Source of the DNA: Auanema rhodensis
Lineage: Eukaryota; Animalia; Nematoda
Length of the DNA: 64,000 nt
Assembly (NCBI GenBank): GCA_964057225.1
Contig: CAXKVF010000092.1
Location: 62,001-126,000 of the forward strand
Direction of reading: 5' to 3'
The stretch's first letter is position 1. Every line of letters begins with the position of its first letter. Position numbers and translations under genes: made by a program. Below are positions 56,701-64,000 of the stretch, piece by piece. Below the pieces are notes generated by a model that had not been told where the DNA came from, did not search any database, and was given only the letters and a program-made list of their open reading frames with translations.

Positions 56701-59700
56701 CATGTCCATATTAGTCTAAAAACAAATTTTTATTGATATTGGTTCATGGTAACCATGACTTTGAAATTTACGTGAACTTTAATTTATGCTAATTAAATGT
56801 ACACGTGATGTGCACTTGGTATGTAACTCGCTTCACGTGAAAGATGAAGAGATGCGGTTTTCAAAATTAGATTACCCATGTCCATATTAGTCTAAAAACA
56901 AATTTTTATTGATATTGGTGCATGGTAACCATGACTTTGAAATTTACGTGAACTTTAATTTATGCTAATTAAATGTACACGTGATGTGCACTTGGTATGT
57001 AACTCGCTTCACGTGAAAGATAAAGAGATGCGGTTTTCAAAATTAGATTCCCCATGTCCATATTAGTCTAAAAACAAATTTTTATTGATATTGGTGCATG
57101 GTAACCATGACTTTGAAATTTACGTGAACTTTAATTTATGCTAATTAAATGTACACGTGATGTGCACTTGGTATGTAACTCGCTTCACGTGAAAGATAAA
57201 GAGATGCGGTTTTCAAAATTAGATTCCCCATGTCCATATTAGTCTAAAAACAAATTTTTATTGATATTGGTTCATGGTAACCATGACTTTGAAATTTACG
57301 TGAACTTTAATTTATGCTAATTAAATGTACACGTGATGTGCACTTGGTATGTAACTCGCTTCACGTGAAAGATAAAGAGATGCGGTTTTCAAAATTAGAT
57401 TCCCCATGTCCATATTAGTCTAAAAACAAATTTTTATTGATATTGGTGCATGGTAACCATGACTTTGAAATTTACGTGAACTTTAATTTATGCTAATTAA
57501 ATGTACACGTGATGTGCACTTGGTATGTAACTCGCTTCACGTGAAAGATAAAGAGATGCGGTTTTCAAAATTAGATTCCCCATGTCCATATTAGTCTAAA
57601 AACAAATTTTTATTGATATTGGTGCATGGTAACCATGACTTTGAAATTTACGTGAACTTTAATTTATGCTAATTAAATGTACACGTGATGTGCACTTGGT
57701 ATGTAACTCGCTTCACGTGAAAGATAAAGAGATGCGGTTTTCAAAATTAGATTCCCCATGTCCATATTAGTCTAAAAACAAATTTTTATTGATATTGGTT
57801 CATGGTAACCATGACTTTGAAATTTACGTGAACTTTAATTTATGCTAATTAAATGTACACGTGATGTGCACTTGGTATGTAACTCGCTTCACGTGAAAGA
57901 TAAAGAGATGCGGTTTTCAAAATTAGATTCCCCATGTCCATATTAGTCTAAAAACAAATTTTTATTGATATTGGTGCATGGTAACCATGACTTTGAAATT
58001 TACGTGAACTTTAATTTATGCTAATTAAATGTACACGTGATGTGCACTTGGTATGTAACTCGCTTCACGTGAAAGATAAAGAGATGCGGTTTTCAAAATT
58101 AGATTCCCCATGTCCATATTAGTCTAAAAACAAATTTTTATTGATATTGGTGCATGGTAACCATGACTTTGAAATTTACGTGAACTTTAATTTATGCTAA
58201 TTAAATGTACACGTGATGTGCACTTGGTATGTAACTCGCTTCACGTGAAAGATAAAGAGATGCGGTTTTCAAAATTAGATTCCCCATGTCCATATTAGTC
58301 TAAAAACAAATTTTTATTGATATTGGTTCATGGTAACCATGACTTTGAAATTTACGTGAACTTTAATTTATGCTAATTAAATGTACACGTGATGTGCACT
58401 TGGTATGTAACTCGCTTCACGTGAAAGATGAAGAGATGCGGTTTTCAAAATTAGATTACCCATGTCCATATTAGTCTAAAAACAAATTTTTATTGATATT
58501 GGTGCATGGTAACCATGACTTTGAAATTTACGTGAACTTTAATTTATGCTAATTAAATGTACACGTGATGTGCACTTGGTATGTAACTCGCTTCACGTGA
58601 AAGATAAAGAGATGCGGTTTTCAAAATTAGATTCCCCATGTCCATATTAGTCTAAAAACAAATTTTTATTGATATTGGTGCATGGTAACCATGACTTTGA
58701 AATTTACGTGAACTTTAATTTATGCTAATTAAATGTACACGTGATGTGCACTTGGTATGTAACTCGCTTCACGTGAAAGATAAAGAGATGCGGTTTTCAA
58801 AATTAGATTCCCCATGTCCATATTAGTCTAAAAACAAATTTTTATTGATATTGGTGCATGGTAACCATGACTTTGAAATTTACGTGAACTTTAATTTATG
58901 CTAATTAAATGTACACGTGATGTGCACTTGGTATGTAACTCGCTTCACGTGAAAGATAAAGAGATGCGGTTTTCAAAATTAGATTCCCCATGTCCATATT
59001 AGTCTAAAAACAAATTTTTATTGATATTGGTTCATGGTAACCATGACTTTGAAATTTACGTGAACTTTAATTTATGCTAATTAAATGTACACGTGATGTG
59101 CACTTGGTATGTAACTCGCTTCACGTGAAAGATGAAGAGATGCGGTTTTCAAAATTAGATTCCCCATGTCTATATTAGTCTAAAAACAAATTTTTATTGA
59201 TATTGGTGCATGGTAACCATGACTTTGAAATTTACGTGAACTTTAATTTATGCTAATTAAATGTACACGTGATGTGCACTTGGTATGTAACTCGCTTCAC
59301 GTGAAAGATAAAGAGATGCGGTTTTCAAAATTAGATTCCCCATGTCCATATTAGTCTAAAAACAAATTTTTATTGATATTGGTGCATGGTAACCATGACT
59401 TTGAAATTTACGTGAACTTTAATTTATGCTAATTAAATGTACACGTGATGTGCACTTGGTATGTAACTCGCTTCACGTGAAAGATAAAGAGATGCGGTTT
59501 TCAAAATTAGATTCCCCATGTCCATATTAGTCTAAAAACAAATTTTTATTGATATTGGTTCATGGTAACCATGACTTTGAAATTTACGTGAACTTTAATT
59601 TATGCTAATTAAATGTACACGTGATGTGCACTTGGTATGTAACTCGCTTCACGTGAAAGATGAAGAGATGCGGTTTTCAAAATTAGATTCCCCATGTCCA

Positions 59701-61750
59701 TATTAGTCTAAAAACAAATTTTTATTGATATTGGTGCATGGTAACCATGACTTTGAAATTTACGTGAACTTTAATTTATGCTAATTAAATGTACACGTGA
59801 TGTGCACTTGGTATGTAACTCGCTTCACGTGAAAGATAAAGAGATGCGGTTTTCAAAATTAGATTCCCCATGTCCATATTAGTCTAAAAACAAATTTTTA
59901 TTGATATTGGTGCATGGTAACCATGACTTTGAAATTTACGTGAACTTTAATTTATGCTAATTAAATGTACACGTGATGTGCACTTGGTATGTAACTCGCT
60001 TCACGTGAAAGATAAAGAGATGCGGTTTTCAAAATTAGATTCCCCATGTCCATATTAGTCTAAAAACAAATTTTTATTGATATTGGTGCATGGTAACCAT
60101 GACTTTGAAATTTACGTGAACTTTAATTTATGCTAATTAAATGTACACGTGATGTGCACTTGGTATGTAACTCGCTTCACGTGAAAGATGAAGAGATGCG
60201 GTTTTCAAAATTAGATTCCCCATGTCTATATTAGTCTAAAAACAAATTTTTATTGATATTGGTGCATGGTAACCATGACTTTGAAATTTACGTGAACTTT
60301 AATTTATGCTAATTAAATGTACACGTGATGTGCACTTGGTATGTAACTCGCTTCACGTGAAAGATAAAGAGATGCGGTTTTCAAAATTAGATTCCCCATG
60401 TCCATATTAGTCTAAAAACAAATTTTTATTGATATTGGTGCATGGTAACCATGACTTTGAAATTTACGTGAACTTTAATTTATGCTAATTAAATGTACAC
60501 GTGATGTGCACTTGGTATGTAACTCGCTTCACGTGAAAGATGAAGAGATGCGGTTTTCAAAATTAGATTCCCCATGTCTATATTAGTCTAAAAACAAATT
60601 TTTATTGATATTGGTGCATGGTAACCATGACTTTGAAATTTACGTGAACTTTAATTTATGCTAATTAAATGTACACGTGATGTGCACTTGGTATGTAACT
60701 CGCTTCACGTGAAAGATAAAGAGATGCGGTTTTCAAAATTAGATTCCCCATGTCCATATTAGTCTAAAAACAAATTTTTATTGATATTGGTGCATGGTAA
60801 CCATGACTTTGAAATTTACGTGAACTTTAATTTATGCTAATTAAATGTACACGTGATGTGCACTTGGTATGTAACTCGCTTCACGTGAAAGATAAAGAGA
60901 TGCGGTTTTCAAAATTAGATTCCCCATGTCCATATTAGTCTAAAAACAAATTTTTATTGATATTGGTTCATGGTAACCATGACTTTGAAATTTACGTGAA
61001 CTTTAATTTATGCTAATTAAATGTACACGTGATGTGCACTTGGTATGTAACTCGCTTCACGTGAAAGATAAAGAGATGCGGTTTTCAAAATTAGATTCCC
61101 CATGTCCATATTAGTCTAAAAACAAATTTTTATTGATATTGGTGCATGGTAACCATGACTTTGAAATTTACGTGAACTTTAATTTATGCTAATTAAATGT
61201 ACACGTGATGTGCACTTGGTATGTAACTCGCTTCACGTGAAAGATAAAGAGATGCGGTTTTCAAAATTAGATTCCCCATGTCCATATTAGTCTAAAAACA
61301 AATTTTTATTGATATTGGTTCATGGTAACCATGACTTTGAAATTTACGTGAACTTTAATTTATGCTAATTAAATGTACACGTGATGTGCACTTGGTATGT
61401 AACTCGCTTCACGTGAAAGATAAAGAGATGCGGTTTTCAAAATTAGATTCCCCATGTCCATATTAGTCTAAAAACAAATTTTTATTGATATTGATGCATG
61501 GTAACCATGACTTTGAAATTTACGTGAACTTTAATTTATGCTAATTAAATGTACACGTGATGTGCACTTGGTATGTAACTCGCTTCACGTGAAAGATAAA
61601 GAGATGCGGTTTTCAAAATTAGATTCCCCATGTCCATATTAGTCTAAAAACAAATTTTTATTGATATTGGTGCATGGTAACCATGACTTTGAAATTTACG
61701 TGAACTTTAATTTATGCTAATTAAATGTACACGTGATGTGCACTTGGTAT

Positions 61751-64000
61751 GTAACTCGCTTCACGTGAAAGATGAAATAGATGCGGTTTTCAAAATTAGA
61801 TCCCCCATGTCCATATTAGTCTAAAAACAAATTTTTATTGATATTGGTGCATGGTAACCATGACTTTGAAATTTACGTGAACTTTAATTTATGCTAATTA
61901 AATGTACACGTGATGTGCACTTGGTATGTAACTCGCTTCAAGTGAAAGATAAAGAGATGCGGTTTTCAAAATTAGATTCCCCATGTCCATATTAGTCTAA
62001 AAACAAATTTTTATTAATATTGCTTCATGGTAACCATGACTTTGAAATTTACGTGAACTTTAATTTATGCTAATTAAATGTACACGTGATGTGCACTTGG
62101 TATGTAACTCGCTTCACGTGAAAGATAAAGAGATGCGGTTTTCAAAATTAGATTTCCCATGTCCATATTAGTCTAAAAACAAATTTTTATTGATATTGGT
62201 TCATGGTAACCATGACTTTGAAATTTACGTGAACTTTAATTTATGCTAATTAAATGTACACGTGATGTGCACTTGGTATGTAACTCGCTTCACGTGAAAG
62301 ATAAAGAGATGCGGTTTTCAAAATTAGATTCCCCATGTCCATATTAGTCTAAAGGAAATTTTTATTGATATTGCTTCATGGTAACCATGACTTTGAAATT
62401 TACGTGAACTTTAATTTATGCTAATTAAATGTACACGTGATGTGCACTTGGTATGTAACTCGCTTCACGTGAAAGATAAAGAGATGCGGTTTTTAAAATT
62501 AGATTCCCCATGTCCATATTAGTCTAAAAACAAATTTTTATTGATATTGGTTCATGGTAACCATGACTTTGAAATTTACGTGAACTTTAATTTATGCTAA
62601 TTAAATGTACACGTGATGTGCACTTGGTATGTAACTCGCTTCACGTGAAAGATAAAGAGATGCGGTTTTCAAAATTAGATTCCCCATGTCCATATTAGTC
62701 TAAAAACAAATTTTTATTGATATTGGTTCATGGTAACCATGACTTTGAAATTTACGTGAACTTTAATTTATGCTAATTAAATGTACACGTGATGTGCACT
62801 TGGTATGTAACTCGCTTCACGTGAAAGATAAAGAGATGCGGTTTTCAAAATTAGATCCCCCATGTCCATATTAGTCTAAAAACAAATTTTTATTGATATT
62901 GGTGCATGGTAACCATGACTTTGAAATTTACGTGAACTTTAATTTATGCTAATTAAATGTACACGTGATGTGCACTTGGTATGTAACTCGCTTCACGTGA
63001 AAGATAAAGAGATGCGGTTTTCAAAATTAGATTCCCCATGTCCATATTAGTCTAAAAACAAATTTTTATTAATATTGCTTCATGGTAACCATGACTTTGA
63101 AATTTACGTGAACTTTAATTTATGCTAATTAAATGTACACGTGATGTGCACTTGGTATGTAACTCGCTTCACGTGAAAGATAAAGAGATGCGGTTTTCAA
63201 AATTAGATTTCCCATGTCCATATTAGTCTAAAAACAAATTTTTATTGATATTGGTTCATGGTAACCATGACTTTGAAATTTACGTGAACTTTAATTTATG
63301 CTAATTAAATGTACACGTGATGTGCACTTGGTATGTAACTCGCTTCACGTGAAAGATAAAGAGATGCGGTTTTCAAAATTAGATTCCCCATGTCCATATT
63401 AGTCTAAAGGAAATTTTTATTGATATTGCTTCATGGTAACCATGACTTTGAAATTTACGTGAACTTTAATTTATGCTAATTAAATGTACACGTGATGTGC
63501 ACTTGGTATGTAACTCGCTTCACGTGAAAGATAAAGAGATGCGGTTTTTAAAATTAGATTCCCCATGTCCATATTAGTCTAAAAACAAATTTTTATTGAT
63601 ATTGGTTCATGGTAACCATGACTTTGAAATTTACGTGAACTTTAATTTATGCTAATTAAATGTACACGTGATGTGCACTTGGTATGTAACTCGCTTCACG
63701 TGAAAGATAAAGAGATGCGGTTTTCAAAATTAGATTCCCCATGTCCATATTAGTCTAAAAACAAATTTTTATTGATATTGGTTCATGGTAACCATGACTT
63801 TGAAATTTACGTGAACTTTAATTTATGCTAATTAAATGTACACGTGATGTGCACTTGGTATGTAACTCGCTTCACGTGAAAGATAAAGAGATGCGGTTTT
63901 CAAAATTAGATCCCCCATGTCCATATTAGTCTAAAAACAAATTTTTATTGATATTGGTGCATGGTAACCATGACTTTGAAATTTACGTGAACTTTAATTT
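61751..64000 (+). repeat. 6-monomer higher-order repeat (1,055-bp period), at least 2 copies
   Basis: The variant series GATCCCCC, TTAATATTGCT, GATTTCCC, TAAAGGAAA (-1 bp) and TTTTTAAAA repeats. GATCCCCC occurs at about 61800, 62855 and 63910, and AAAGG at 62351 and 63406. Confidence 0.9.

Larger units (their letters stand above)
28841..64000 (+). repeat. 176-bp satellite tandem array, forward block continuing past the window end
   Basis: Continuous forward monomers. Phase is interrupted only by one 21-bp duplication (29067), an 82-bp deletion (about 29570) and 1-bp indels (about 42261, 61777, 62354, 63409). Confidence 0.99.

Noticed and set aside
1-64000. Protein-coding ORFs
   Set aside because: The monomer is rich in stop codons on both strands and 176 is not a multiple of 3, so frames rotate into stops. 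Only short chance ORFs are possible.
1-64000. CRISPR array or repeat-spacer system
   Set aside because: There are no unique spacers. The whole 176-bp unit is repeated and no cas genes are present.

Overview
The whole 64 kb window is one non-coding, AT-rich (about 32% GC) eukaryotic-type satellite array of roughly 360 near-identical 176-bp monomers. Consensus: GTAACTCGCTTCACGTGAAAGATAAAGAGATGCGGTTTTCAAAATTAGATTCCCCATGTCCATATTAGTCTAAAAACAAATTTTTATTGATATTGGT[G/T]CATGGTAACCATGACTTTGAAATTTACGTGAACTTTAATTTATGCTAATTAAATGTACACGTGATGTGCACTTGGTAT. I see no genes, RNA genes, transposons or CRISPR arrays, and I cannot assign species or satellite family from sequence alone. Monomer length and homogeneity fit centromeric or pericentromeric satellite (inference). 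The main structure is a 1,196-bp reverse-oriented block (24611-25806). It is an inverted copy of 23007-24202 and is flanked by a 36-37-bp direct duplication carrying a rare allele. The whole cassette was later tandem-duplicated with a 3,034-bp period (second inverted block 27645-28840). Other structure: a clonal 197-bp monomer lineage with a 21-bp internal duplication, an 82-bp deletion at a variant-domain boundary, several local higher-order duplications (4-, 6-, 8/9-, 11/12- and 18-mers), and palindromes plus phased ACGTGA/E-box motifs inside the monomer. All coordinates were counted by hand.
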